Positions 34,431-44,012 of a DNA stretch of 64,000 nt are shown here, piece after piece. The notes below the pieces were generated by a model that was given only the letters and a program-made list of their open reading frames with translations, did no database searches and was not told where the DNA came from. Within the stretch, counting starts at the first letter, position 1; each line of letters starts with the position of its first letter. Where the stretch lies: NCBI GenBank assembly GCA_034667745.1, contig JAXDQP010000062.1, positions 958 through 64,957 on the forward strand, written 5' to 3'. This DNA comes from Thermoplasmata archaeon. GTDB taxonomy: Archaea; Thermoplasmatota; E2; JACPAO01; JAHFTW01. Both the position numbers and the translations under genes were made by a program.

Positions 34431-34721
34431 CTACCAGCGCTTCTTCTCCGCGATGTCGTAGTTGCGGATGACGCTCAGGGTGCCGCGCTTGCTGATGGCC
34501 TGCACCTTGCGGATGTCCTCGGGGCTCAGCTCGACGTCCTCGAACTTCAGCACGTCCTTCTGGCCGCTGCGGCCGCTGGGAAGGTTCATGCTGAGGCTGA
34601 CGACCTTGCTGCTGCCCTGCACGGGGTGGCCGAGCGCCTGGATGATGGCGAGCGCCTTGCCGGGCTCGATGTGGTCGAGGACGGTCCCGTTGCGGATGGG
34701 GACGATCTTGAACTCCTTCAT
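34431..34721 (-). pseudogene. pyrI: aspartate carbamoyltransferase regulatory chain, allosteric domain only (zinc domain missing)
   Basis: 96 aa aligning to the PyrI N-terminal domain (IRNGTVLDHI, NLPSGRSGQKDVLKFE, IRNYDI) and terminating where the C4 zinc domain should begin; no Zn-domain coding sequence in any frame downstream. Confidence 0.6.
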
Positions 34722-35602
34722 GCGTCACCCAGGAGCGCGGAGAGGACTGCCATGCGGACGGGCACGGCATTCCGGGCTTGGTCAAAATACTTGGCCGCGG
34801 GGTGGGCGTCCACGTCGGCGGCAATCTCGTCGATGCGCGGCAGCGGGTGCATGACGATGGCCCGGCTCTTCGTGCGCTGCAGCAGCGCCGCGTCGATGCG
34901 CAGGGTGCCCTTGACCTGCTCGTAGGCGGCGGCGTCGGGGAAGCGCTCCTTCTGGATGCGCGTCATGTACAGCACGTCGCAGGTGGCCGCGGCCTCCTCC
35001 AGGGTCATCGTGCGGATGCCCTTGCCGACCTCGGCCGGCAACTCCAGGCCTGGCGCGGCGACGGAGACCGGGTGGGCGCCGAGGCGGCGCAGCGCGGGGA
35101 CGAGGCTGTGGACGGTCCGGCCGAACTTGAGGTCCCCCACGAGCGCGACCTCCAGGTCCTCGATGCCGCCCTTGCACTCCTCCATCGTGTAGAGGTCCAG
35201 CAGCGTCTGCGTCGGGTGCTCGCCGGGGCCGTCGCCGGCGTTGACGATGGGGACGCTGCTCACGGCGGCCGCGCGCTTGGCCGCGCCCTCGACGGGGTGG
35301 CGCATCACGATGAGGTCGGAGTAGCCCGCCAGCATCCGGATCGTGTCCTCCAGCGTCTCGCCCTTCGCGCTGCTCGTCGTCGCCGGGTCGGAGAAGCCGA
35401 TGACGCGGGCGCCGAGGCGGTGCGCGGCGGCCTCGAAGCTCAGCCGCGTGCGGGTGCTCGGCTCGAAGAATGCCGTGCAGACGATGCGGCCGTCCAGGAC
35501 GTGCCGCTGCTCCCGCATCCCCTTCTGCATCTCGCGGGCCCGGCGGATGAAGGAACGCAGGTCCTCGTCGCTCAGGTCATGGATGCTGGCGAGGTGCTTC
35601 AT
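34718..35602 (-). CDS. pyrB: aspartate carbamoyltransferase catalytic chain
   Basis: STRTR motif, HPLP motif; ATG at 35602; ATGA overlap with pyrI. Confidence 0.9.
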   Translation of the reverse strand: MKHLASIHDLSDEDLRSFIRRAREMQKGMREQRHVLDGRIVCTAFFEPSTRTRLSFEAAAHRLGARVIGFSDPATTSSAKGETLEDTIRMLAGYSDLIVMRHPVEGAAKRAAAVSSVPIVNAGDGPGEHPTQTLLDLYTMEECKGGIEDLEVALVGDLKFGRTVHSLVPALRRLGAHPVSVAAPGLELPAEVGKGIRTMTLEEAAATCDVLYMTRIQKERFPDAAAYEQVKGTLRIDAALLQRTKSRAIVMHPLPRIDEIAADVDAHPAAKYFDQARNAVPVRMAVLSALLGDA

Positions 35603-35627
35603 GGCCCACCCGGTTGCGTTTGCGCGA

Positions 35628-35700
35628 TAGCCCCGACCGGATTCGAACCGATGCCAAAAGCTCCAGAGGCTCCTATCCTTGACCACTAGACTACGGGGCT
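35628..35700 (-). tRNA. tRNA-Gln (anticodon CTG)
   Basis: Manual cloverleaf: A1-U72 acceptor AGCCCCG/CGGGGCT, anticodon loop CTCTGGA, T-loop TTCGAAT; 73 nt, CCA not encoded. Confidence 0.75.
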
Positions 35701-35907
35701 TTGTATCTCGTTTCGGTGCTGACCCACCGGCTTTGGGATAGGAACACGTGGAGCTTGGAGGACCAAGTCCAGTGGTCAACTTCGGCCACACAAGACCCCC
35801 ATATAAGGAAAATGGACCTGTGAACGACGCCCGCGCCGTCCACCGCCCCCTTGCCCAGATGCGGCATGGCCATCGCTAGGCAGGAGATGTCATCCAGGTG
35901 CGACAAC

Positions 35908-36300
35908 TTAGGGCGCTGTGCCGACTTGGCGCAAGACAATCTCCTCGGTTTGGCCCACCAGTAGGCAGACGGACCATCCGCAGGAAATGATGGCGCAGAT
36001 GCCATTGAACGTCCATGTGCCGCTGCCGACGCTGAAGTTCGGCACCCAGACATGCGCGCCGATGCCAAACCGGCTCGACTCGGGCCGAACCGGGACCAGG
36101 GGAAGAGGCTCGCTGCCCTCCGTCTTCAGGACACAAGGTCCGCTCACCACGCAGATGTCCACACCATAGCTTTGGCATTCCACGGCGACCGTGATATGGT
36201 CGATGATGTCCGACGGGTTGGGCAGGGGAGGCGTTTCCGCGGAGACGGAGGGGAGGAAGACAATGAGTCCGACCAAGGCCATGCAGGCAGAGCCACGCAT
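35908..36300 (-). CDS. small secreted protein, 130 aa, with signal peptide
   Basis: MRGSACMALVGLIVFLPSVSA signal; Cys-containing. Confidence 0.45.
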   Translation of the reverse strand: MRGSACMALVGLIVFLPSVSAETPPLPNPSDIIDHITVAVECQSYGVDICVVSGPCVLKTEGSEPLPLVPVRPESSRFGIGAHVWVPNFSVGSGTWTFNGICAIISCGWSVCLLVGQTEEIVLRQVGTAP

Positions 36301-36350
36301 GGTTCTGCATCAAATGCACTCAGACCTTAAGCTTACGCTGGCGGATTTTG

Positions 36351-37226
36351 TCAAGTCCTAAGGGAAAACTCTCTGACTTCCCTTCCCTGAACAATCCCCG
36401 TCTGGACCGCCATCGTCCCGCCGCTGGATGACTGCATCACCGCACCTCCATGTGCGGCAAGGGTGCCCGCGTTCCCAACGTAGCTCAACAGGACGGTGTC
36501 GGTGACGTTGGCCCAGACGGAGTGGCCCGCGTTGACCTGATGCAAACGGCCGGGTTCCGTGAACGCGCCCGGCTGGGACGCCGTTGCTTCGCCGCCTCCG
36601 ATGTAGTCGTACACATCCATGCCCCCGCGGAAAACGTGGTATTGGACAGCTGGAGGGGAAGATTGGTCGTCAATCTGGCCCATCAGCGCGCTGAAACCCA
36701 ACTGGGCAAACGCGTCGGCAACGGTCTGGCTGTTGACAATCAGTTCAAGGACGTAGAAGTCGGGTCGGGTGGTGGGGTCTGGCGACGCGACGCTGCTGGG
36801 GACCAGCGCAGGAACCCAGAACTCGGAAATCTGGAAGTTCTTCACGACGGTTTGATTGTCGAGCACGATGGAATCGCAGGAGAACAGGTTAAGGTTGCCT
36901 TGCACGAAGCTGCTGCCCGCCACAGGGTTGGGCGAGTAGCCTTCGGGGAGCAGTGCCTTCACCTTCGATGCCTCTGCCGTGACGTGCGTGGCGTAGCCGA
37001 AGCAATCGTTCATCTCGAATCGGTGCGGAACCGGGGGCGGGAGCGAACAGGTGGGCACGCCGGCCTCCGGACATTTCGGCGGCGTTGTGGTGGGGGACGT
37101 CGTCGGCGTGGGGCCGCTGGACATGGTCTGCGTCGGGTCCGGCTTGGCGTGGTTCGTGCAGCCGGCAAGCAGTACGACAGTGGCCAGCAGCAGGGAAGTG
37201 ATATGGCGGGGAGGAGGGCTGATCAC
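36351..37226 (-). CDS. lipoprotein with Thr/Pro-rich linker
   Basis: Signal plus lipobox LLAGC, then PTPTTSPTTTPP linker. Confidence 0.55.
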   Translation of the reverse strand: MISPPPRHITSLLLATVVLLAGCTNHAKPDPTQTMSSGPTPTTSPTTTPPKCPEAGVPTCSLPPPVPHRFEMNDCFGYATHVTAEASKVKALLPEGYSPNPVAGSSFVQGNLNLFSCDSIVLDNQTVVKNFQISEFWVPALVPSSVASPDPTTRPDFYVLELIVNSQTVADAFAQLGFSALMGQIDDQSSPPAVQYHVFRGGMDVYDYIGGGEATASQPGAFTEPGRLHQVNAGHSVWANVTDTVLLSYVGNAGTLAAHGGAVMQSSSGGTMAVQTGIVQGREVREFSLRT

Positions 37227-38950
37227 GTTAGGCCTCGGGAGCCGGCGGATTGGGTGCTGGCGGCGCTGGCAAAACGGGGATTGGTTTGCGGCAATAAACC
37301 CGCTTCCGCTTGAAGGGGCATGGCTTCACCGCCGGGCTTGCCCGTGAGCGCCCTGCGGGCATCCAGGAGCGCCATCGCCTGGGCGCGGATGGCCCAAAAT
37401 GTTTGGCGTCCGGCAGGAACGCGTTCGAGGACCCCTTGGCGTTCCATCAGGTGGATGTGGTAAGAAAGTCCACTCCTACCTGAGGTGTGCGGGATCTGGG
37501 CAACCAAGTCCCGGAAGGCAACGGGTCGACCGGCGTCCCGCAAGATGTCCAGGAGCGCCCCCCGCAGCGGATGGTTGGCGTGCGCCAGCACCACCTGGTG
37601 GAGCTCAGACACTTTGGCGGTCGCGCCGACGCCAAGGGGCGCGAAATGCTGGCGGTGGCCTTGCTGGTAGACTTGGATATGGCCACCTTTTTGGAGGATG
37701 GCGATGTGGAAGGCGAGCGTGGTCTTCCGGATGCCGAATTCCGCGGCAAGCTGCGTCGCGGTTGTCCCAGGGGATTCCTGAATCTTGCGCAGCATGCAAA
37801 CCCGCGTGGGATGATGCAGGGCTTGGGCGCGGTTGCGGCCCAGTACGACCAACCGAAGGTCACGGCCCAGGGATGTGAAGGCCAAAGTCAGCCACGCGAC
37901 GAGGCCGATTCCGCCCACGACTGCAAGGCCTTCTCCCAAGCGGGAACCGAGGACGCGCAATCCGTCGATGCCAAGGAACGTCGCGGTTCCGTTAAGGCGC
38001 CAATGGGAGCCGGCTCCATCGTAGGTTCCCTTCATGTGGAAGTCGCCAACAGCCTGGACGAGGCCAATGCGGGAGGAGTACCTGGCATCGACATCGGTGC
38101 GAGTCACATCTGTGAAGGCCATGTCGCCTCGGATTGCGCCGTCGAAGTCGCCCAGAAGAAGGTTCCACAGGCTTCCGCGGTCCTGATGGAGTTGCAGTGT
38201 CACCGCATTCGGCGAAGCAATCACCACATAGGTTTGGTCATAGACGCCCCCCGCCGTGTAAACGGTGGGTTCGTCGGCCGTGAGGCCTGAGCGCGGGGAA
38301 AAACCGGTGGAGATCTCGCGGTGGAGTTGGCCATTGTCGAGGATAACCCGAGCGCCGTAGGTAATGCCAAGGAAGGCTCCGGCAAGGGACTGGGGGCCCG
38401 GCTGGTCGCGGTGGAGACGTCCGAATGGAGCCTGGGCACGGGCCAAGGTGACGGGTTCATGGAGATGGTGGGGGAAGCCAGGTGGAATCTCAACGGACTG
38501 CATTCCGTTCAGGTTTAGCTGGAGGTCTTGGGCATCGGCCTGATAGGGCCGGAATTCGATGGTGGCGGGCGTCTGCTCAGAGAGGATTGTGACGTTCCCG
38601 GTGAATGGGAAATCCTCCAGCATTTGTTCCGGCAATGGAGCGTTTGCCTCCGAGTTTCCAATGGGGTTTTGGCGCGAGGTGGTGACCTGGAGGATGGGGT
38701 CTGTCACGACCTGGACGCGGGCGCCTTGCACGGCAAACGCGGCGGTGACAGTGCCGTTGTGCCAAGCCGAGTTGTAGATGACACCGTGCAGGGAAGCACG
38801 GCCTTGCAGGGTGCCAGTGAGGGTGAAGGTGCCCGTTGAATCGACCGTCCCAGCCAGGGGAAAATGGGACTCGGACGCGCCGTTCGCAGGCAAGGCCACC
38901 GCCAGGATGGCCAGCAGGAGCAAGGTGGACGACCAATGGTTGCCCGTCAT
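37223..38950 (-). CDS. membrane-anchored regulator: N-terminal signal/anchor, ~420-aa extracytoplasmic beta-rich domain, one TM helix, cytoplasmic tandem winged-helix DNA-binding domains
   Basis: Start MTGNHWSSTLLLLAILAVALPANG; TM GLAVVGGIGLVAWLTLAFTSLG; wHTH-like segments ..TTATQLAAEFGIRKTTLAFHIAILQKGGHI.. and ..LLDILRDAGRPVAFRDLVAQI..LSYHIHLMERQGVLERV; TATA-like box about 19-25 nt upstream of the ATG. Confidence 0.55.
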   Translation of the reverse strand: MTGNHWSSTLLLLAILAVALPANGASESHFPLAGTVDSTGTFTLTGTLQGRASLHGVIYNSAWHNGTVTAAFAVQGARVQVVTDPILQVTTSRQNPIGNSEANAPLPEQMLEDFPFTGNVTILSEQTPATIEFRPYQADAQDLQLNLNGMQSVEIPPGFPHHLHEPVTLARAQAPFGRLHRDQPGPQSLAGAFLGITYGARVILDNGQLHREISTGFSPRSGLTADEPTVYTAGGVYDQTYVVIASPNAVTLQLHQDRGSLWNLLLGDFDGAIRGDMAFTDVTRTDVDARYSSRIGLVQAVGDFHMKGTYDGAGSHWRLNGTATFLGIDGLRVLGSRLGEGLAVVGGIGLVAWLTLAFTSLGRDLRLVVLGRNRAQALHHPTRVCMLRKIQESPGTTATQLAAEFGIRKTTLAFHIAILQKGGHIQVYQQGHRQHFAPLGVGATAKVSELHQVVLAHANHPLRGALLDILRDAGRPVAFRDLVAQIPHTSGRSGLSYHIHLMERQGVLERVPAGRQTFWAIRAQAMALLDARRALTGKPGGEAMPLQAEAGLLPQTNPRFASAASTQSAGSRGLT

Positions 38951-38965
38951 GTTCCGGGGCTTCCA

Positions 38966-38978
38966 CCCGTCAGTCCGT
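38966..38978 (-). promoter_or_regulatory. TATA-box-like element (AAATATA on minus strand) about 19-25 nt upstream of the 38950 start; suggests a leaderless transcript
   Basis: Read directly from sequence. Confidence 0.35.
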
Positions 38979-39111
38979 ATATTTGTCTTGGCGTGACGGG
39001 ACTCCGATGGCGACAGCATGTGGCAAAAACCACCAGGCTGTGGTATTATGCCACTGACCCTTGGCTTGGCTTTGGATGTCTGGCCTCGCGACCGACACGG
39101 AGACCCAAACC

Positions 39112-40251
39112 ATGCATCGACCCAACACCCCACAAACCCCCCGGACCGCCGCCAAGGTTGGCGCCGCCATCTTTTTGGCCGCCACCCTGGCCGCCATTCC
39201 GACCTCGCAAGCGTTCCAAACTGTGCAGGCCAGGGACCAGGCGCTCGTCAAGGTCTGGAACACGCTTTGCAACCCAGTCCAGATTGCCGCCGCGCCGCCG
39301 AACGGGCCGCCAACTCCTGGAAACGGCCCACCTCCGCCGGGCGCGAACGCCCTTGGTGCAGGCTACCGTCCCGTCTATTGCCAGAACACGAATGACCTCA
39401 TCCGCTTCCTCCGTGGCGGCGGCGGGCCAGGCCCATGCCAAGGTGACTTGGCAGTGTCGAACCTCTGCGGCCTGGACGCGGACCCCCTTGTTGCCTTCGC
39501 AGGTGGCCTCGTTGGCAGCGGCCTAGGCTGCGCCCAAAACGCGCCTGGCCCCGACGGGGGAGAGGGCAACCTCGGTCTTCTTGATGGCATGGCGCAATAC
39601 AGTGTGGGCGGCTTCGTCACCTACAAGAATCCCTGCGGCGACCTAACCCTCCCCACACCGCTCATTCCAGCCGGGTTTGACTTGGGCACCATCACTACGC
39701 CCCCGTTTGGGGCGCCCCGATTCACTCTTGACACGGGGTGCCAACACGAGCCCGGGAAGGCGTTTGCGTGGGACTACAACTTCAACATGGCCTTGGACGT
39801 TGGGCTTGCGGTCTATTCCGGCCAAGCCCCGTTCTACCTGGCCGGCTCCTCGGTCACTCTCCACATCACGCCGACGACGTTCTCCGTCAACGGAGGCGGC
39901 GGTGGGGACACGGAGGAAGGCTGCGTGGGCACGGAGCTTGCAGACCAAGCCATCAAGGCCAACCTCCTGATGACCCAGGCCAACGCGTACGTGAAGGCCA
40001 AGGCATGGCCCGTTGACGGGGATGTCCGCTACCTCAAACTCTCGACGGGTGACTGGCTGCTGGACTTTCCCGGGCACGGCCTCGGCACCCTGGACTTTTC
40101 GGAGACGATTGCGTCCGACGTCATCCACGTGGGCACGACCAAGTTCAGCTTCGAGGCGACCTGGGTCGTGCTGCAGACCTGCCCGGCCACCACCACGGTT
40201 TGCGCCGGTGGCGTGGTTTGGGAACGCGGCGACAGCCTCGTGACAACGTAG
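39112..40251 (+). CDS. secreted Cys/Gly-rich protein, 379 aa
   Basis: Signal peptide ..AAIFLAATLAAIPTSQA; many Cys; no recognisable catalytic motif. Confidence 0.5.
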   Translation: MHRPNTPQTPRTAAKVGAAIFLAATLAAIPTSQAFQTVQARDQALVKVWNTLCNPVQIAAAPPNGPPTPGNGPPPPGANALGAGYRPVYCQNTNDLIRFLRGGGGPGPCQGDLAVSNLCGLDADPLVAFAGGLVGSGLGCAQNAPGPDGGEGNLGLLDGMAQYSVGGFVTYKNPCGDLTLPTPLIPAGFDLGTITTPPFGAPRFTLDTGCQHEPGKAFAWDYNFNMALDVGLAVYSGQAPFYLAGSSVTLHITPTTFSVNGGGGGDTEEGCVGTELADQAIKANLLMTQANAYVKAKAWPVDGDVRYLKLSTGDWLLDFPGHGLGTLDFSETIASDVIHVGTTKFSFEATWVVLQTCPATTTVCAGGVVWERGDSLVTT

Positions 40252-40388
40252 GCCGAGAGGGGTTCAACTCTTTTCCTTCTTTTCCGAAAATCTGGAGTTC
40301 CATGCTGCACCGTGAAGCCATTGTCCGCACGCCAAAGCCTCTGCCGCAGCGAAGCAAGCTTTATCTTCCTGCTTCGGAAACGCGGTTC

Positions 40389-41258
40389 ATGCGGGAATCG
40401 TCGTGGCGTTTCGGCGTTCCCTTGCTTTTTCTGACGCTTGCCGTCTCGGGATGCGCGGGCGCCCCGCACGTCAATTCCGGCGCTCGTTCCTCTCCCCTGA
40501 ACGAATGGGACTACATCCTCCCCCATCAGCACGGGGCCTATGCGCTTCGTTACGAAATCAGTGGTCCCAAAGACCAAGAGTGCCGTGGGCACCAGGTCTG
40601 GTACCAGGCGAACAACCACTATGGCATCGATCAGTTGGTCTACCAGGAAGGCGGGGACTTGGGCGGCTCCTACGGCGAGCCTGCCGTCCACGCCCAGGTT
40701 GGGCCGTTGCTTGACACGCGCGATGACACCGGGACGGGAACCATCAACGTCAACCAGACGCTGACCTTCAGGCTCGACCCGGCCCGCGGCGCCTACGTCT
40801 CCTATTTCGGCAACCTCACGGCTGCGGACCCCGCGTTCGCCGCCAACTTCAATCTCCCCAACTCGCTTGAGCTCCACGTCCGTTGCCCCGCGGGAACCAC
40901 CATCAAGCTGCTGGGCGTTGGAACGGAGTCCATGCCGGTCCTGCTTGGGACCCTGAAAGGCGCTGCAACCGCGTCCCAGAGGGAACGGTTCGGCAGTGAC
41001 GTGGTTGTCCAAGGCAGCGCAAGCAAGACGTTCACCTCCGCGATGGTTTCTTTCCGGCTCGAGAGCGTCTCTGGGCTGAACGGTGCCGGGCTTGTCATGA
41101 TGAACCACCCAGCGCGGCAAGAAGCCTGGCCGATGTACAGCCTCCTTTCCAAGGAGTTCACGGACGGGCCGGGCGACTATTCCATCACAATCAATGATGC
41201 GCGGCCTGAAGGCCATTTCTTTGCCATTGCCATCGGGTTCAACCCGCCTGAAAGGTGA
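40389..41258 (+). CDS. lipoprotein, 289 aa
   Basis: Signal plus lipobox LTLAVSGC. Confidence 0.5.
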   Translation: MRESSWRFGVPLLFLTLAVSGCAGAPHVNSGARSSPLNEWDYILPHQHGAYALRYEISGPKDQECRGHQVWYQANNHYGIDQLVYQEGGDLGGSYGEPAVHAQVGPLLDTRDDTGTGTINVNQTLTFRLDPARGAYVSYFGNLTAADPAFAANFNLPNSLELHVRCPAGTTIKLLGVGTESMPVLLGTLKGAATASQRERFGSDVVVQGSASKTFTSAMVSFRLESVSGLNGAGLVMMNHPARQEAWPMYSLLSKEFTDGPGDYSITINDARPEGHFFAIAIGFNPPER

Positions 41259-41314
41259 CCGGAAGTTGTTGGTGGCCACAATCGGTTCTTGGAGGTCGTG
41301 TGTGGCCGCTTCGA

Positions 41315-41388
41315 TGGGCCTGGCCGGAATCGAACCGGCGACCTGCGCTTTGTAAGAGCGCCGTCATGAACCCCTAGACCACAGGCCC
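41315..41388 (-). tRNA. tRNA-Val (anticodon TAC)
   Basis: Manual cloverleaf: acceptor GGGCCTG/CAGGCCC, anticodon stem GCGCT/AGCGC with loop CTTACAA, T-arm GCCGG-TTCGATT-CCGGC; 74 nt. Confidence 0.85.
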
Positions 41389-41442
41389 GGGGCATGGGCC
41401 ACGCGGGGGACGCGATAAGCCATCCGCTGCCCGGGCGTCCGC

Positions 41443-42132
41443 CTAGTTGCCGGTGGGGCGCACGACGCCCTGCGTGTAGAGCAGGACGAGGAACGTGATG
41501 CAGAGCGTGAGGGCGATGCCGTAGGCGACCTTGCTCCAGCGCAGCACCTTGCGGCCGTCGAGCTGGCCGAACGGGAGGAGGTTGAGCAGGCAGAGGCCGC
41601 CGTTGGCGGTCGCGACGAGCGCCATCATGCGGGGCAGCGGGGCGTCGGGGTTGACGGCGAGGGCGAAGGGGAAGGCGATGGCGCCGATGAGGAGGTTGGT
41701 GCCGGGGCCGACGAGGCTGATGATGCCGTTCTCGCGGCGCGTCACCTGGCCCTGGATGACGACGGCGCCGGGGGCGGCGGCGAGCACGCCGATGCCCATG
41801 GCGAGCAGGAGGCTGATGATGAGGCCGGTGAACTGCGCGCGGAACTCGGCCCAGTGGCCGTAGCGCTGCGCGACGACCTTGTGCGCCAGCTCGTGCAGGA
41901 CGAAGCCGGAGCCGATGGCCATCAGCGAGTCCAGCAGGAGGGCGGGGGAGGGGAGGTTGTCGAAGCGGTAGGGGTTGCCGAAGCCGTCCTTGAGGACGAG
42001 GGCGAGGCACACGGTGAGGATGGCGATGGCGCCCGCGATGTGCAGCACCTCCTGCAGGCTGAACGTGATGCGGGGGCGCCCCGCGTGGGGCTTGGGCTGC
42101 GGGACGTAGAAGGGGTTGTAGGCGGGCCTCAC
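41443..42132 (-). CDS. M50-family (site-2-protease-like) membrane zinc metalloprotease
   Basis: HELAH zinc motif within TM region, multiple TM helices, LDG motif. Confidence 0.8.
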   Translation of the reverse strand: MRPAYNPFYVPQPKPHAGRPRITFSLQEVLHIAGAIAILTVCLALVLKDGFGNPYRFDNLPSPALLLDSLMAIGSGFVLHELAHKVVAQRYGHWAEFRAQFTGLIISLLLAMGIGVLAAAPGAVVIQGQVTRRENGIISLVGPGTNLLIGAIAFPFALAVNPDAPLPRMMALVATANGGLCLLNLLPFGQLDGRKVLRWSKVAYGIALTLCITFLVLLYTQGVVRPTGN

Positions 42133-43280
42133 CCGAACACCCGGAAGATGTAGAGGCCGGTCAGGAAGTTGCCGACGATGGCGCCGAGGTTGGTCAGCGC
42201 CGTCACGAGGAGGATGCGCACGACGCCGTTGCGCCAGAACTCGCCTAGGGTCTCAATCTGCTTGATGGCCTGGAAGTCGGCCACCTTCGGGGTGCGGACC
42301 TTCGCCTCGACGAGGCCCGCGAACCAGCCGGAGGCCAGCACGGGGTGGAAGATCTTGGTGGGCGCCGCGACGGCCGCCGTCAGGATGGAGAGGGGGTGGC
42401 CGAACGCGATGGCCGCGCCCGCGGCCGCGCCGATGCTGGTGAACAGGATGTAGGCGAGCAGGCTGCTCTTGAGGTGCTCGACCTGGCTCGTCACCAGCAG
42501 GTAGGCGAGGCCGGCGGCCAGGATGAGCGGCAGGGCGTAGGCGAAGACGCGGCCGAACGTGACGCGCTTCTTCGGCAGCGTGAGCAGGCCCTCGCGGGGG
42601 GGAATCCTGCTCGGGGACTCCAGCAGCCTGCGGATGCCGGCGAGGTGCCCGGCCCCCACCACGGCCACGAGGGGGCCGAAGGCGGCGCGCTCCTTGATGT
42701 GGCTCGCCATGAAGGAGTCGCGCTCGTCAATGAGGGCAATCTTGACCACGGGAGCGAACTTGGCGAACTGCTCCGTCATCTCCGTGATGGCGTCCTGCTC
42801 CAGCAGCTTCTCGACGTCCACGGGCTCGCGCTGGCCCGGCGTCAGGACCTGCCGCATGACGTTCCAGAACAGGCGCAGCTTGGCCCAGCCGCCCATCGCG
42901 CCGAAGCCGCGCTTGAGGGTGATGGCGACCTCGCGGTCGATGAGGACCACCTCGGCGCCGACCTCCTCCGCCACCTCGACGGCGCGCAGCAATTCGGTGC
43001 CGGGGGGGACGCCGGTCTCGCGGCCCATGCTGCCCTGCATCGCCGACAGGTAGAGCTGGAGCAGGAAGAGGTGCTGCTTCTTCTGGCGGATGACCTGGAT
43101 GATGTCGGTGTTCTGCCACGCCTCGGGGTCGCGCAGGGCCTTGAGGCGGCCCGGGTCGAGCTCGACCAGGACCTGCTTGGGGCGCTGCGCGCGGATGGTG
43201 CCCTCGACCTCGGCCACGCTGGTGGCGCTGACGTGGGCGGTGCCGACGACGGTGACGCCGCCCGGCAAGGTCTCAATCAC
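42129..43280 (-). CDS. TraB/PrgY-family protein
   Basis: GTG at 43280; GTAHVS motif, C-terminal TM helices; the upstream part of the long ORF (to 43889) is antisense junk. Confidence 0.7.
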   Translation of the reverse strand: MIETLPGGVTVVGTAHVSATSVAEVEGTIRAQRPKQVLVELDPGRLKALRDPEAWQNTDIIQVIRQKKQHLFLLQLYLSAMQGSMGRETGVPPGTELLRAVEVAEEVGAEVVLIDREVAITLKRGFGAMGGWAKLRLFWNVMRQVLTPGQREPVDVEKLLEQDAITEMTEQFAKFAPVVKIALIDERDSFMASHIKERAAFGPLVAVVGAGHLAGIRRLLESPSRIPPREGLLTLPKKRVTFGRVFAYALPLILAAGLAYLLVTSQVEHLKSSLLAYILFTSIGAAAGAAIAFGHPLSILTAAVAAPTKIFHPVLASGWFAGLVEAKVRTPKVADFQAIKQIETLGEFWRNGVVRILLVTALTNLGAIVGNFLTGLYIFRVFG

Positions 43281-43405
43281 GGACAGCGCACGCAAACGGG
43301 GGCACGATATGACGGTGTTGGATGGATGGCCGGCGCTGGCGGTCCACGCCACAACGCGCGCCGCCGTTGCCCATCCTTTAAGACCGGGCCTTCTGTCCGC
43401 GACGC

Positions 43406-44012
43406 CATGGGAGCCATCATCGTGACCGGGATCCCCGGCGTGGGGAAGACCACGGTCATGGAGGCCGCCGCCAAGGCGCGCGACCTGCGCATCGCCGTCT
43501 ACGGCAGCGTCATGTTCGAGGTCGCGAGCGCCAAGGGAATCGTGCAGTCGCGCGACGAGATGCGCAAGCTCCCCGCCGAGACGCAGAAGGCCATCCAGAA
43601 GGACGCCGCCAAGCGCATCGCCGGCATGGGCGACGTCATCGTGGACACCCACTGCTCCATCAAGACGCCCACCGGCTACCTCCCCGGCCTGCCCGCCTGG
43701 GTCCTCACCGAGCTTGAGCCGACCGCCATCGTCCTCGTCGAGGCGGACCCGAAGGAGATCCTGCGCCGCCGCCAGGGGGACGCCACCCGCAAGCGCGACG
43801 ACGACACCCTGGAGGCCATCGCGGAGCACCAGGAGTACAACCGCCGCTTCGCCGCCGCCTACGCCACCCTCACCGGCGCCACCGTCCACACCGTCCAGAA
43901 CAAGGACGGCGGCGTCGAGGCGGCGCTGGCGCAGATGATGCCCGTCCTCGGCTCCGCGCCCAAGCCCGGCGCCAAGGCGAAGGCCAAGCCCGCCACCGTG
44001 GGGGCGCGCTGA
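43406..44012 (+). CDS. adk: adenylate kinase, archaeal type
   Basis: P-loop GIPGVGKTT; archaeal AdkA-like length ~200 aa; part of the conserved adk-DUF106-cmk block. Confidence 0.85.

Noticed and set aside
42345-44012. 555-aa plus-strand ORF
   Set aside because: Only the C-terminal ~200 aa (adk, from ATG 43406) is real; upstream part is antisense to the TraB-family gene.
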